Shown here piece by piece: positions 1 through 9,684 of a stretch of DNA of 64,000 bases (position 1 is its first letter; each line of letters starts with the position of its first letter). Where the stretch lies: contig JAGGYF010000028.1 in the NCBI GenBank assembly GCA_021162685.1, positions 4,699 through 68,698 on the forward strand, written 5' to 3'. A program made the position numbers and the translations under genes. Source of the DNA: Candidatus Iainarchaeum sp. (GTDB taxonomy: Archaea > B1Sed10-29 > WALL01). Below the pieces are notes generated by a model. That model had not been told where the DNA came from. It saw nothing but the letters and a program-made list of their open reading frames with translations, and ran no database searches.

Positions 1-8
1 GTAGGACA

Positions 9-227
9 ATGTCTAGACACAAAGCAATAAAGACACACTGGGGCGACAAGGTAAAAAAGGAACTGGAACAATCAGGTATTATAGCAAAATCCACACATCC
101 TAAGGTCTTGGCAGAAGAAGCGCCAGATGCCTACAAGGATGTTGATGAGGTCATAGAATCTGTACATAATGCTGGTATCTCAACAAAGGTTGCTAGGATG
201 ACCCCTCTTGGCGTGGCAAAAGGATAG
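9..227 (+). CDS. small conserved hypothetical protein (72 aa)
   Basis: Complete ORF upstream of the rpl3 operon; no family recognised by eye. Confidence 0.4.
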   Translation: MSRHKAIKTHWGDKVKKELEQSGIIAKSTHPKVLAEEAPDAYKDVDEVIESVHNAGISTKVARMTPLGVAKG

Positions 228-262
228 CAAACCTTTTAAACCATTGATGAATTAATCCAGAT

Positions 263-817
263 ATGGCAGTTGAGCCAGAGATTTTGGAAGAGGTCAGACG
301 GCTGAGGGAAGAAGGATTTGATGTAGAGCAGATAAAACAAAATTTGAAGAAGATAGGATATTCTGATACAGATATTGAGGAGATAATGGAGAAAACAAAG
401 CCAAAGCCAGAGAAACCGAAAGGGCCAGAGGTTTACAAACCAGAAGAACAAAAAGAAACGCCTTCTGTCACTGTAAAGAAAGAGCCTGAGGAGAAGCCAG
501 AAGGGGAAGCCGCAATAGCGCTTGAATTTGATGAGGAATTGGAGGCATTAGAAGGACCAAATGTTCAACCAAAGGTTGTAAAAACGCCTGAACCAAAAAC
601 TGTTTACCTTCCAACTCCCCCTGCAGAAAAGAAGGCTGAGGAGAAGGAAATACCAGCACCGCCTCCTCCTGAACCATTTAAGGCTGAGGAAGAAAAACCA
701 AAAAAGCCATCAAAGATTCTTGCATTGTTTATATGGTTATTTGTGCTCCTCATCCTTGCAATGATCATATTATTGGCTGCAGAGAAGGTTGGTATGCAGC
801 TACCATTCAGTTTATAA
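263..817 (+). CDS. low-complexity Pro/Glu/Lys-rich protein with C-terminal transmembrane anchor (tail-anchored)
   Basis: PEKPK/PEEK repeats followed by a single hydrophobic helix ILALFIWLFVLLILAMIILLAA at the C-terminus. Confidence 0.5.
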   Translation: MAVEPEILEEVRRLREEGFDVEQIKQNLKKIGYSDTDIEEIMEKTKPKPEKPKGPEVYKPEEQKETPSVTVKKEPEEKPEGEAAIALEFDEELEALEGPNVQPKVVKTPEPKTVYLPTPPAEKKAEEKEIPAPPPPEPFKAEEEKPKKPSKILALFIWLFVLLILAMIILLAAEKVGMQLPFSL

Positions 818-930
818 ACAAAACCTTTTTAAATACCCAAGTTTCAAATATAAGGGACTGCATGGAACCCATGTGGTCTGGCAACTTCTAGGTTGTTTGG
901 ACTATATAGGGCCAGCAGTTATTCTCATAG

Positions 931-1932
931 GTGATAGCAGTGTCAAAACTTACTGCACCAAGACATGGTTCACTTGGATATGCCCCAAGAAAAAGGGCGA
1001 AGAGGCCTTATGCTAGTTTTAGCACTTATCCTAAGATTGATGAGACAAAACCATTAGCATTTGCAGGATACAAGGCAGGAATGACACATGTTATTGCTAT
1101 TGATAAACACAAGGGCAGCCCTTCCTACGAGCAGAAGGTTGCTATCCCCGTAACCATTGTAGAAGTACCACCAGCAAAGGTTTTTGGTATAAAGGTTTAT
1201 GAGATAACAAATGAAGGATTGAAAGCATTTGGAAGTGTTGTTGCTGAAAAGCTTGATAAGGAACTGAAGAAGAAGTTTAGTATTCCTAAAAAAACAGAAA
1301 CAAAAAAGAAGATGGATGAGATTGAGAAGAATATTGATAGGGTCTCAGAGGTAAGATTGCTGGTTCATACAAAACCAACGTTCAAGAAAAAGCCAGAAGT
1401 ATTTGAAATCTTGGTTAATGCTCCAACAGCAAAGGAGGCATGGGAATACGCAAAGAGTATTTTAGGAAAGGAACTGACAGCAGACCAAATATTCAAGGAA
1501 GGAGATTACATAGATGTTGTTGCGATAACAAAAGGGAAGGGAATACAAGGCCCAGTAAAACGATTTGGTGCGAGGATACAATACAGAAAGGCGCATGGAT
1601 TTAGGAGACATGTTGGTTGTATAAATCCTTGGTCACCAGCAAGGACAATGTGGACATCATTGATGCCTGGACAGATGGGCTATCACAGAAGAACAATGTT
1701 AAACCTAAGGGTTTTGAAGATGGGTGAGAATGGAAAAGAGGTAACGCCAAAAGGAGGAATTCCTCATTATGGTGTTGTAAAATCAAGATATTTGCTGATA
1801 AAGGGTTCACTCCCAGGACCAAAGAAGCGATTGGTTATGATGAGATTTGCTATAAGGCCACCAAAGAAAGAAGTGCCAGCACCAGAGGTTGTGAGTGTAT
1901 CAACAATATCCCAACAGGGGAGAGGTAGGTGA
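931..1932 (+). CDS. rpl3: 50S ribosomal protein L3
   Basis: GSLGYAPRKRAKRP N-terminus and GMTH.., HVGCINPWSPARTMW..GQMGYH motifs typical of archaeal L3; heads the L3-L4-L23-L2 order. Confidence 0.9.
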   Translation: MIAVSKLTAPRHGSLGYAPRKRAKRPYASFSTYPKIDETKPLAFAGYKAGMTHVIAIDKHKGSPSYEQKVAIPVTIVEVPPAKVFGIKVYEITNEGLKAFGSVVAEKLDKELKKKFSIPKKTETKKKMDEIEKNIDRVSEVRLLVHTKPTFKKKPEVFEILVNAPTAKEAWEYAKSILGKELTADQIFKEGDYIDVVAITKGKGIQGPVKRFGARIQYRKAHGFRRHVGCINPWSPARTMWTSLMPGQMGYHRRTMLNLRVLKMGENGKEVTPKGGIPHYGVVKSRYLLIKGSLPGPKKRLVMMRFAIRPPKKEVPAPEVVSVSTISQQGRGR

Positions 1933-2738
1933 AGATGATGAAAGCACCAGTATTGTCAATAGATGGTAAGAAAATCAAAGACATTACACTCCCAGAGGTG
2001 TTTTCCGAGGAATATCATCCCACACTGATAAGAAGGGCTGTTGTTGCACTCCAGAGCAGAAGATTCCAACCACATGCGCCATATAAATACGCAGGTCTTG
2101 AAACAAGTGCAACATATGTTGGAAGAAGAGGAGCATTCAGGGCAGGAATAAATAGAGGCATATCACGATTACCAAGAGTAAAACTACCAGGCGGGGGACT
2201 TGGTGAGGTAAGGAAAGTGCCACATGCAAAAGGTGGAAGAAGAGCCCATCCGCCAAAGGTTGAAAAAATTGTTGAAAAGAAGATAAACAAAAAGGAAAAA
2301 ATAAAGGCAACACGTTCTGCAATTGCGGCAACAGCAAAAAAGGAGATTGTAGAGAAAAGAGGTCATAAGATAGATTCAGTAAAACATCTTCCAATTATTG
2401 TTGAGGATAAGTTCCAGGAACTTAGCAAAACAAAGGATGTTGTTTCTGTGCTTGAGAAGATCGGGCTTAAAGATGAAATAGAGAGGGCCAAAGTGAGAAA
2501 GGAGAGGGCAGGAAAACAGAAGAGAAGGGGAAAAAGATTAAGAAAGAAAAAAAGTGCGCTCATCATCGTCCTTGATGGATCAAAGGTTAGGAGAGCATGT
2601 AAGAACATACCAGGTATTGATGTAACAACACCTAACAGATTGAACGTAGAATTGCTTGCACCAGGAACACATGCTGGAAGGTTGACTATATGGACAGAAT
2701 CAGCAGTAAAGAAGATAGGTGAGAAATATGGTAGTTAA
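1929..2738 (+). CDS. rpl4: 50S ribosomal protein L4
   Basis: Sequence similarity to archaeal L4 (L1e); follows L3 with ATGA start/stop overlap. Confidence 0.9.
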   Translation: MKMMKAPVLSIDGKKIKDITLPEVFSEEYHPTLIRRAVVALQSRRFQPHAPYKYAGLETSATYVGRRGAFRAGINRGISRLPRVKLPGGGLGEVRKVPHAKGGRRAHPPKVEKIVEKKINKKEKIKATRSAIAATAKKEIVEKRGHKIDSVKHLPIIVEDKFQELSKTKDVVSVLEKIGLKDEIERAKVRKERAGKQKRRGKRLRKKKSALIIVLDGSKVRRACKNIPGIDVTTPNRLNVELLAPGTHAGRLTIWTESAVKKIGEKYGS

Positions 2739-2976
2739 TCATCCTCTACTTTCAGAAAAAGCGGTTGACCTCATAGAAAAGGAGAATAAGTTAGTATTCA
2801 TTGTTGATAAGAATGCAACAAAATCTGAGATAAAAGAAGCGGTTGAAAAGCTGTATGATGTGAAAGTTGATGCTGTTAACACATTGATTGATTCAAAAGG
2901 TAGGAAGAAGGCATTTGTTAGATTATCAAAAGAAAGCTCTGCATCAGAGCTGGCAACAAAATTGAATATAATATGA
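2719..2976 (+). CDS. rpl23: 50S ribosomal protein L23
   Basis: 85 aa, L23 fold signature (KAVDLIEKENKLVFIVD...KAFVRL); position between L4 and L2. Confidence 0.9.
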   Translation: MRNMVVNHPLLSEKAVDLIEKENKLVFIVDKNATKSEIKEAVEKLYDVKVDAVNTLIDSKGRKKAFVRLSKESSASELATKLNII

Positions 2977-2977
2977 A

Positions 2978-3703
2978 GTGGTTGATATGGGAAGACCAAT
3001 TGGAACACAAAAGAGAGGAAAAGGAAGTCACAGATACAGGAGACCATCTCATAGATACAAAACTGAAGCACATTATAGGCCAAACAATGGAGGCATACTA
3101 AAAGGGGTTATAACAGGATTTGACCATGACCCATCAAAAACAGCAATACTCATGAAAGTAAAATGGCAGGATGGAAACGAGAGCTTATATCTCGCACCAG
3201 AAGGAGTATTTGTAAATGATATGATTGAGCAAGGAGCAGGCGCTTCATTATCCATTGGTAATGTTCTTCCTTTATCAGAAATACCAGAAGGAATGCCTGT
3301 ATTCAACATAGAAAAGGTTCCTGGAGATGGAGGAACAATAGTTAGAGCATCTGGAACAGCAGCATTCGTCATTGCAAAGAAGGGTGACAAGGTCATTGTG
3401 AGGTTACCCTCAAAGAGGATGAAACCTCTTGATGGAAAGTGCAGGGCAATGATTGGGATTGTTGCTGGTGGTGGAAGGACAGAGGAACCATTCGTAAAAG
3501 CAGGGAATAAATACCACAGAGAAAGAGCAAAGGGGAAGAGGTATCCAATTGTTAGAGGAGTTGCAATGAACCCAGTTGCGCACCCACATGGTGGTTCCCA
3601 ACACCACACTGGAAAAGCAACAACAGTGAAGAGGCAAACACCACCTGGAAGAAAGGTTGGACATATAGCAGCAAGAAGAACAGGAAGGAGAAAGAGGAAG
3701 TGA
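2978..3703 (+). CDS. rpl2: 50S ribosomal protein L2
   Basis: [13 protein letters not shown]..., HPHGG motif ([12 protein letters not shown]). Confidence 0.95.
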   Translation: MVDMGRPIGTQKRGKGSHRYRRPSHRYKTEAHYRPNNGGILKGVITGFDHDPSKTAILMKVKWQDGNESLYLAPEGVFVNDMIEQGAGASLSIGNVLPLSEIPEGMPVFNIEKVPGDGGTIVRASGTAAFVIAKKGDKVIVRLPSKRMKPLDGKCRAMIGIVAGGGRTEEPFVKAGNKYHRERAKGKRYPIVRGVAMNPVAHPHGGSQHHTGKATTVKRQTPPGRKVGHIAARRTGRRKRK

Positions 3704-3707
3704 GAAT

Positions 3708-4091
3708 ATGGCAAAGGTATTTACATTCCATGGAAAAACAATGGATGAACTTAAGGATATGCCTATTGAGGAATTTATGAAGTTAGTTCCATCAAGGCAG
3801 AGAAGATCCCTGAAAAGAGGATTCACAGATGAACAGGAGAAATTCCTAAAAAAATTGAGGAAATATCCTGATAAGATCATACGAACGCATTGCAGAGACA
3901 TGATTATATTACCAGAAATGGTTGGAAGAAAGATTGCAGTCTATAATGGTAAAGAATTTGTTTATATTACAATCCAGCCAGAGATGTTGGGGCATTACCT
4001 TGGTGAGTATGCTCACACAAGAAAACCTGTTAAGCACTCCGCAGCAGGTATTGGTGCTACAAGAAGTACAAAATTCATAGCAGCGAAGTGA
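3708..4091 (+). CDS. rps19: 30S ribosomal protein S19
   Basis: S19p/S15e family ([26 protein letters not shown]). Confidence 0.9.
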   Translation: MAKVFTFHGKTMDELKDMPIEEFMKLVPSRQRRSLKRGFTDEQEKFLKKLRKYPDKIIRTHCRDMIILPEMVGRKIAVYNGKEFVYITIQPEMLGHYLGEYAHTRKPVKHSAAGIGATRSTKFIAAK

Positions 4092-4095
4092 TAAC

Positions 4096-4530
4096 ATGGC
4101 AAGAAAATATAGTGCTCAAGGTATTGAAGGTGCAAGGGCGTATGGAAGAGAGATGGATATCTCTCCAAAACATGCCATAGAGATATGCAGAGAGATCAGA
4201 GGAAAAAACGTGAATAAGGCTATTACATTCCTTGAGAAGGTCATAAAGAAGGAGGCATTTGTTCCATTCAAACGATTCAATAGCAAGGTTGCACACAGAA
4301 AAGGCGGTAAACCAGGAAGATATCCTGTTAAGGCATCAAAAGCGATATTGAAAGTGCTTGAGAATGCAAAAGCAAATGCTGAGAACCAAGGGATGGACAC
4401 TGATAAACTCATGATAGTACATGCAGCTGCTCATAGGGGCCCTGTATATGATAGAAGGGCACCAAAGGGGAGGATGAGAACATCTGCCATAGAAACCGTA
4501 AATGTTGAAATAATTGTAAAGGAGGCCTGA
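4096..4530 (+). CDS. rpl22: 50S ribosomal protein L22
   Basis: L22/L17e family; conserved position after S19. Confidence 0.9.
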   Translation: MARKYSAQGIEGARAYGREMDISPKHAIEICREIRGKNVNKAITFLEKVIKKEAFVPFKRFNSKVAHRKGGKPGRYPVKASKAILKVLENAKANAENQGMDTDKLMIVHAAAHRGPVYDRRAPKGRMRTSAIETVNVEIIVKEA

Positions 4531-4532
4531 AC

Positions 4533-5228
4533 TTGATAGAGAGAAAATTTGTCAAAGAGGGAATCAATAGGAGCCGATTGAACACATGGCTCAAAAGAAA
4601 ACTGAATAGAGCAGGCTATGTAGGCGTCTCTCTGCAAAAAACCCCTGTTGCAACAAGGGTTGTTATACAAGTTGAAAGGCCTGGTCTTGTAATAGGAAGG
4701 AAGGGGAGTAACATCCAAGAGCTCACAAAAGAAATTGAGAAGAAGTTTGGTTTGGATAATGTTCAGATAAAGATTGAGGAAGTGCCTGTGCCAGAACTTA
4801 ATGCAGCCGTCATGGCAAGACGGATTGCAAGGTCACTGGAAAAGGGACTAAATTTCAGAAGAGTCATGCACTGGTCACTTGACAAGATCATGGCAGCAGG
4901 AGCAAAGGGTGCAGAGATAACGATATCTGGTAAACTTGTTGGAAAAGGAGGAAAAGCACGGTCAGAAAGGGTCAGTGCAGGCTACCTAAAGAAAGCTGGG
5001 GAACCATCACGCCTTGTCCAGGTTAGTCACACACAAGCGATGAAGAAAGCAGGAATCATAGGCGTAACAGTAAAGATTGTCCCACCAGATGTGGTATTCC
5101 CAGACAAAGTTGACATAGAGAAGATTGTAAAAGAAGGAGGTGTAATGAGTGGCGATACTGAAACCAAAGCAGATAAGGGAAATGAGCCCACAGGAGAGGG
5201 AGGAGAAGCTACAGCAGTTGCGCAATGA
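4533..5228 (+). CDS. rps3: 30S ribosomal protein S3
   Basis: KH domain (VIGRKGSNIQELTKEIEKKFG); TTG start; the C-terminal tail overlaps rpl29. Confidence 0.9.
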   Translation: MIERKFVKEGINRSRLNTWLKRKLNRAGYVGVSLQKTPVATRVVIQVERPGLVIGRKGSNIQELTKEIEKKFGLDNVQIKIEEVPVPELNAAVMARRIARSLEKGLNFRRVMHWSLDKIMAAGAKGAEITISGKLVGKGGKARSERVSAGYLKKAGEPSRLVQVSHTQAMKKAGIIGVTVKIVPPDVVFPDKVDIEKIVKEGGVMSGDTETKADKGNEPTGEGGEATAVAQ

Positions 5229-5370
5229 ACTGGCAAAAGAGAGGGCTGCAATCGCCAGTGGCACAAGGCCAGAGAATCCTGGACGAATAAGGGAGATAAG
5301 AAAAACCATTGCGAGGATACTCACAATTCAAAATGAAAAGAAAAACACGGAGGTTGAAAAAACAGAATGA
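5149..5370 (+). CDS. rpl29: 50S ribosomal protein L29
   Basis: AILKPKQIREMSPQEREEKLQQLRNEL is canonical L29; starts at GTG, out of frame inside the 3' end of rps3. Confidence 0.8.
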   Translation: MAILKPKQIREMSPQEREEKLQQLRNELAKERAAIASGTRPENPGRIREIRKTIARILTIQNEKKNTEVEKTE

Positions 5371-5672
5371 CAGATGTCTGTCCTGTGTGTGGACTCCCAA
5401 AGGAGCTATGCGTCTGTCAAGAGCTTGCAAAGGAAAGGCAGAAGATAAAGATAAGAACAGAGGTCAAGAAGTACAGAAAGAAGGTCACAATCATAGAAAA
5501 CCTTGACCAGAGCATTGATCTGCATGCTCTTGCAACCCAACTGAAAAAGAAGATGGCGTGCGGAGGAACCGTCAAGGAAAACCGCATAGAGCTCCAGGGG
5601 GCACACGCAGAGAAGGTAAAGAAAGCTCTTATCGCACTAAACTACCCAGAGGATCAAATTGAAATCGTATAG
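5367..5672 (+). CDS. sui1: translation initiation factor SUI1 (aIF1)
   Basis: N-terminal CPVCG..C.C zinc knuckle plus SUI1 core (MACGGTVKENRIELQG); canonical position after L29. Confidence 0.85.
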   Translation: MTDVCPVCGLPKELCVCQELAKERQKIKIRTEVKKYRKKVTIIENLDQSIDLHALATQLKKKMACGGTVKENRIELQGAHAEKVKKALIALNYPEDQIEIV

Positions 5673-5946
5673 AAAGTTGCGTGCACTTGCACGTAACTTA
5701 TTGATCGGACTGGAGGCAAGGGTAGTCAGAAGCTCGGAGAAATCCCTTGAAGGAATGAAAGGGAAAATCGTTGATGAGACCCTGAATACCCTAGTACTCC
5801 AAACAAAGAATGGTGAGAAAAGGATAGCAAAAGACAAAGTGGTTGTTGAGATATCCTTCCCAGAGGGAACATATACCTTTTCTGGGAAGGAGATAAAGCA
5901 ACGGCCGGATGAACGCTTGAAAAAACTTTGGAGAAAGATAAGGTGA
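5659..5946 (+). CDS. rnp1: RNase P protein component 1 (Rpp29/Pop4)
   Basis: Sm-like Rpp29 fold (GMKGKIVDETLNTLVLQT..GEKRIAKDKVVVEI); TTG start; canonical position between SUI1 and S17. Confidence 0.75.
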   Translation: MKSYRKLRALARNLLIGLEARVVRSSEKSLEGMKGKIVDETLNTLVLQTKNGEKRIAKDKVVVEISFPEGTYTFSGKEIKQRPDERLKKLWRKIR

Positions 5947-5950
5947 GAAG

Positions 5951-6253
5951 ATGAAGGAGAAAAAATGCAACGACAAAAACTGCCCAATACATGGGAACAT
6001 CAAGGTTAGAGGTAACATTATGACTGGGGTTGTTGTTTCAGATAAGATGGATAAATCTGTCATTGTTGAAAGAGAGTACATAAGAAAAGTCCCAAAGTAT
6101 GAGAGATATGAACGAAGAAAATCAAGAATAGCTGTTCATAAACCAGAATGTATGGATGTCAAAGTTGGAGATGTTGTTGAATTTGGAGAAACAAGAAAGA
6201 TTAGCAAAACAAAAAGTTTTGTTATAACAAAGGTGTTGGGTGGTAAGAAATGA
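5951..6253 (+). CDS. rps17: 30S ribosomal protein S17
   Basis: CNDKNCPIHGNIKVRG...VVSDKMDKS, S17 OB fold. Confidence 0.9.
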   Translation: MKEKKCNDKNCPIHGNIKVRGNIMTGVVVSDKMDKSVIVEREYIRKVPKYERYERRKSRIAVHKPECMDVKVGDVVEFGETRKISKTKSFVITKVLGGKK

Positions 6254-6648
6254 AAGGTGTTGCTGCTAGAATCACATCCGGGCTTCATATTGGTTCAGTA
6301 TTAAAATGTGATGACAACACAGGAGCAAAGGAGCTTGAGATCATTGGAGTAAAAGGATACAGAGGAAAAAGAAGAAAGCTTGCCAAAGCGGGCGTTGGTA
6401 GTGTTGTCATCTGTTCAGTAAAAAAAGGCAAACCAGAGATCAAGAAGAAAGTTGTGAAAGCTGTGATAGTCAGACAAAAGAAGGAATACAGGAGAGCAGA
6501 TGGCACAAGAGTAAAGTTTAGCGATAATGCTGCTGTCCTTATAGATGATAAGGGAATGCCAAGAGGTACTGAGATAAAGGGAGTTGTAGCAAAGGAGGTT
6601 GCTGAGAGGTTTGCTAAAATTGCCACATTAGCAAAGAACGTGGTGTGA
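6250..6648 (+). CDS. rpl14: 50S ribosomal protein L14
   Basis: Highly conserved L14 sequence (LKCDDNTGAKE...AVLIDDKG). Confidence 0.95.
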   Translation: MKGVAARITSGLHIGSVLKCDDNTGAKELEIIGVKGYRGKRRKLAKAGVGSVVICSVKKGKPEIKKKVVKAVIVRQKKEYRRADGTRVKFSDNAAVLIDDKGMPRGTEIKGVVAKEVAERFAKIATLAKNVV

Positions 6649-7013
6649 TGGATATGGTATCAAAACAACCAAGAAAACAAAGAAAGGAGCATTTTGCTGC
6701 TCCATTGCATAAAAGGCAGAAAAAGGTAGCTGCGCCTCTTAGTAAAGAACTTAGAAAGACGTACAAGAGGAGAAGTGCAATTGTCCGTGTTGGTGATAAG
6801 GTAAAAATACTGCGTGGAGATTTCAAAGGAAGAACAGGCGAAGTGACAAAAGTATCTCTGAAGAACTATGCAGTACATGTTAAGGGTGTAACAGTAAAAA
6901 AGGCAAATGGTGAAGAGGTGCCAAAACCAATCCACCCATCAAATCTGATGATCATTGAGTTAAAACTTGACGATGAGAAGAGAAAAAAGAAATTCGCTAA
7001 GGAGGAGAAATAG
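6645..7013 (+). CDS. rpl24: 50S ribosomal protein L24
   Basis: KOW motif (VRVGDKVKILRGDFKGRTGEV). Confidence 0.9.
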   Translation: MMDMVSKQPRKQRKEHFAAPLHKRQKKVAAPLSKELRKTYKRRSAIVRVGDKVKILRGDFKGRTGEVTKVSLKNYAVHVKGVTVKKANGEEVPKPIHPSNLMIIELKLDDEKRKKKFAKEEK

Positions 7014-7730
7014 ATGGCAAGAAAAGGAGAGAAAAGAGTGAGGAAGCGACTTACTGCCCCAAAAACAATACCTGTACCGAGGAAGGGATATAAGTTCATA
7101 GTAAAGGCATCACCAGGCCCACATAATATAGAAGAGAGTGTTCCATTACTGGTTGTCATAAGAGATATGCTTCACCTTGCAGACACAGCAAAAGAAGCAA
7201 AGAAGATTATTCATGGAGGAAAGGTGCTTGTTGATGGAAAAGTCGTGAAAAACCCATCTCATCCCATAGGATTTATGGATGTTTTGTCCATACCATCCAT
7301 AAACAAGTTTTATAGGGTGCTCTATGATAGAAAGGGAAGGATAAAGTTGTATGAGATAGAGCCTTCAAACTCAACCTTCAAACTCAGTAAAATAAAAGAT
7401 AAAACTGCGGTGAAGGGTGGGAAGATACAGCTTAATCTACATGATGGCAAGAACATACTTGCAGATAATAAGTACAAGGTAGGGGACGTTGTAAAACTGG
7501 AGATACCACAGATGAAGATTACTGACCATTTCCCACTACAAAAAGGAAGCATTGCCTATGTCACCGGGGGAAAGCACGCTGGTGAAATAGCAACCATTGA
7601 GGAGATTGTTCCAGGCACTGCAACAAGAAAGCCATTAGTCATATTGAAATCTCCTGAAAAGCAATTTGAAACAAGAAAGGATTACGTGTTTGTTATAGGC
7701 ACAAAGGAGCCTGTGATTAAGTTTGATTAA
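7014..7730 (+). CDS. rps4e: 30S ribosomal protein S4e
   Basis: S4e family; GPHNIEESVPLLVVIRD..., KOW-like C-terminus. Confidence 0.9.
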   Translation: MARKGEKRVRKRLTAPKTIPVPRKGYKFIVKASPGPHNIEESVPLLVVIRDMLHLADTAKEAKKIIHGGKVLVDGKVVKNPSHPIGFMDVLSIPSINKFYRVLYDRKGRIKLYEIEPSNSTFKLSKIKDKTAVKGGKIQLNLHDGKNILADNKYKVGDVVKLEIPQMKITDHFPLQKGSIAYVTGGKHAGEIATIEEIVPGTATRKPLVILKSPEKQFETRKDYVFVIGTKEPVIKFD

Positions 7731-8232
7731 GGGTGATAGTGTGATAAGCATAGATAAGGTAACAGTGAACATTGGTGTTGGAGCATCTGGTGAGCCACTG
7801 GAGAAGGCAGAAAAGTTACTGGAAAAACTATGCAATCAGAAGCCGATAAGGACACTCAGTAAGAGCAGAATTCCATCATGGGGCATAAGAAAGAAACAGC
7901 CCATTGGTGTAAAGGTTACACTGAGAGGAAAGAAGGCGCTTGAATTCTTAAATAAAGCAATTGAGGCAAAGGACAGAACCCTAAAGAGAAGCCAATTTGA
8001 TGAGAATGGAAACTTCGCTTTTGGTATTTCAGAATATATTGACCTTCCTGGAGTAAAGTACGACCCAGAGATCGGTATATTTGGATTTGATGTATGTGTA
8101 AGCCTGAAAAAGAGGGGGTATAGGATAAAACGTAGAAAGAGGGAGAAGAAAAAGATTCCTTCTAATCACAAGATAACAAAAGAAGAAGCAATTGAATGGG
8201 TTGAGAAAAACCTTAACATAAAGGTGAGATGA
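7723..8232 (+). CDS. rpl5: 50S ribosomal protein L5
   Basis: L5 family ([13 protein letters not shown]..., [11 protein letters not shown]). Confidence 0.95.
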   Translation: MIKGDSVISIDKVTVNIGVGASGEPLEKAEKLLEKLCNQKPIRTLSKSRIPSWGIRKKQPIGVKVTLRGKKALEFLNKAIEAKDRTLKRSQFDENGNFAFGISEYIDLPGVKYDPEIGIFGFDVCVSLKKRGYRIKRRKREKKKIPSNHKITKEEAIEWVEKNLNIKVR

Positions 8233-8390
8233 TGGCAAAAGGGAAAAGAAAAAAGGAGAGAAAAGGAGAAGGCAGAAGGAAATGTAGGATATGTGGATCA
8301 AGTGAAGGCCTAATACGAAAGTATGGGCTGAGTATATGTAGAAGGTGTTTCAGAGAAGTCGCAGAAGAGATAGGATTTAGAAAATATTGA
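8232..8390 (+). CDS. rps14: 30S ribosomal protein S14 (zinc-binding type, 52 aa)
   Basis: Manual translation: [52 protein letters not shown] with C-x2-C...C-x2-C; below the 60-aa cutoff of the ORF track; canonical position between L5 and S8; start ATG overlaps the rpl5 stop. Confidence 0.85.
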   Translation: MAKGKRKKERKGEGRRKCRICGSSEGLIRKYGLSICRRCFREVAEEIGFRKY

Positions 8391-8391
8391 G

Positions 8392-8790
8392 GTGATTAAT
8401 GTGCTAATGGACCCAATTGCAGATGCTCTGTCCGCAATAAAAAATGCGGAAAACGTAGGAAAGAGCGAATGTATAGTAAAACCAGCATCTAAACTGCTAG
8501 GTAACATATTAAAGGTTATGCAAAAAGAGGGATACATCGGAGAATTTGAATTCATTGATGATGGAAAAAGTGGCAAGTACAGGGTAAAACTTATAGGAAA
8601 GATAAACAACTGTGGTGCAATAAAACCAAGGTTTGCTGTGAAGAAGGATGAGTATGAAAAGTATGAGAAGAGATATCTTCCTGCTCAAAATGTTGGTTTT
8701 CTTGTGATATCAACTCCCTTTGGAGTTATGACACAAAAAGAGGCAATAAAAAGAGGAACCGGAGGGAGAGCAATAGCATTTGTATATTGA
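8392..8790 (+). CDS. rps8: 30S ribosomal protein S8
   Basis: [15 protein letters not shown]-terminus typical of S8. Confidence 0.9.
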   Translation: MINVLMDPIADALSAIKNAENVGKSECIVKPASKLLGNILKVMQKEGYIGEFEFIDDGKSGKYRVKLIGKINNCGAIKPRFAVKKDEYEKYEKRYLPAQNVGFLVISTPFGVMTQKEAIKRGTGGRAIAFVY

Positions 8791-8793
8791 GGG

Positions 8794-9336
8794 ATGGATA
8801 TGGTCTTGGCTGCTGAGATAACAAAAGAGATTGAAATTCCAGACGGAGTAAATATTACTATTGAGGATAGTAAGATCACAGTTAGTGGGCCGAAGGGAAC
8901 ACTAACAAAAACGTTCAAACTTGGGAAAGCTTCTATTACAGTTGATGGAAAGAAGGCTATCATCTCAGCAAAGTTTCCAAGAAGAAAAGATAAAGCGATG
9001 GTTGGAACGATTGCTGCCCACATAAAAAACATGATAAAAGGAGTAACAGAAGGATTTGAGTATAAATTGAAGGTACATTATACACACTTCCCTGTTACTG
9101 TAAGTGTAGAAGGAGACAAGGTGCTAATCAAAAATTTCTTGGGAGAAAAGCATCCACGCATTGCAAAGATTGTTGGGAATGCAAAAGTAGATGTAAAAGG
9201 ACAAGACATAACAATCACTGGCATAGACATAGAAGAGGTAAGTCAAACTGCAGCTAACCTTGTACTAAAAACAAATGTTGGTAGGAGAGACATCAGAGTA
9301 TTCAAGGATGGTATCTTTTTGGTATCCAAAGGGTGA
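8794..9336 (+). CDS. rpl6: 50S ribosomal protein L6
   Basis: Two-domain L6 (ITVSGPKGTLTKTF...). Confidence 0.9.
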   Translation: MDMVLAAEITKEIEIPDGVNITIEDSKITVSGPKGTLTKTFKLGKASITVDGKKAIISAKFPRRKDKAMVGTIAAHIKNMIKGVTEGFEYKLKVHYTHFPVTVSVEGDKVLIKNFLGEKHPRIAKIVGNAKVDVKGQDITITGIDIEEVSQTAANLVLKTNVGRRDIRVFKDGIFLVSKG

Positions 9337-9680
9337 TATTGATGGAAAAGAAAAAACCCAGTTTCAAACGGCAATATTCATCGTATAAGAAGAGGGGGAA
9401 GGTACAGACTAGTTGGAGGAAACCACGTGGAATAGATAGCAAGCAGAGGAAACACAAAAAAGCCAAAGGGGCTCACCCGAGAGTGGGATATGGAAGCCCA
9501 AGAGTCACAAGAGGAATGCACCCAAAAGGAAAACACGAGGTACTTGTGAGAAATATGAAGGATGTTGAATCCCTAAATAAAGATGTTTTGGTTAGGATCT
9601 CTGCCACAGTAGGTGAGAAGAAGAGGAAAGAGATCATAGCAATATGTGAAAAGAAAGGTATAGAGGTAATCAACAGGTGA
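9333..9680 (+). CDS. rpl32e: 50S ribosomal protein L32e
   Basis: L32e family (WRKPRGIDSKQR...GYGSP). Confidence 0.9.
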   Translation: MILMEKKKPSFKRQYSSYKKRGKVQTSWRKPRGIDSKQRKHKKAKGAHPRVGYGSPRVTRGMHPKGKHEVLVRNMKDVESLNKDVLVRISATVGEKKRKEIIAICEKKGIEVINR

Positions 9681-9684
9681 TGAT

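Noticed and set aside
3073-3901. Long antisense ORFs (213 aa and 163 aa) opposite rpl2/rps19, and similar antisense ORFs opposite secY, nrdD, the AcnX genes and others throughout the track
   Set aside because: They lie opposite strongly conserved sense-strand genes, have no recognisable motifs and show skewed low-complexity composition typical of antisense frames in AT-rich coding DNA.
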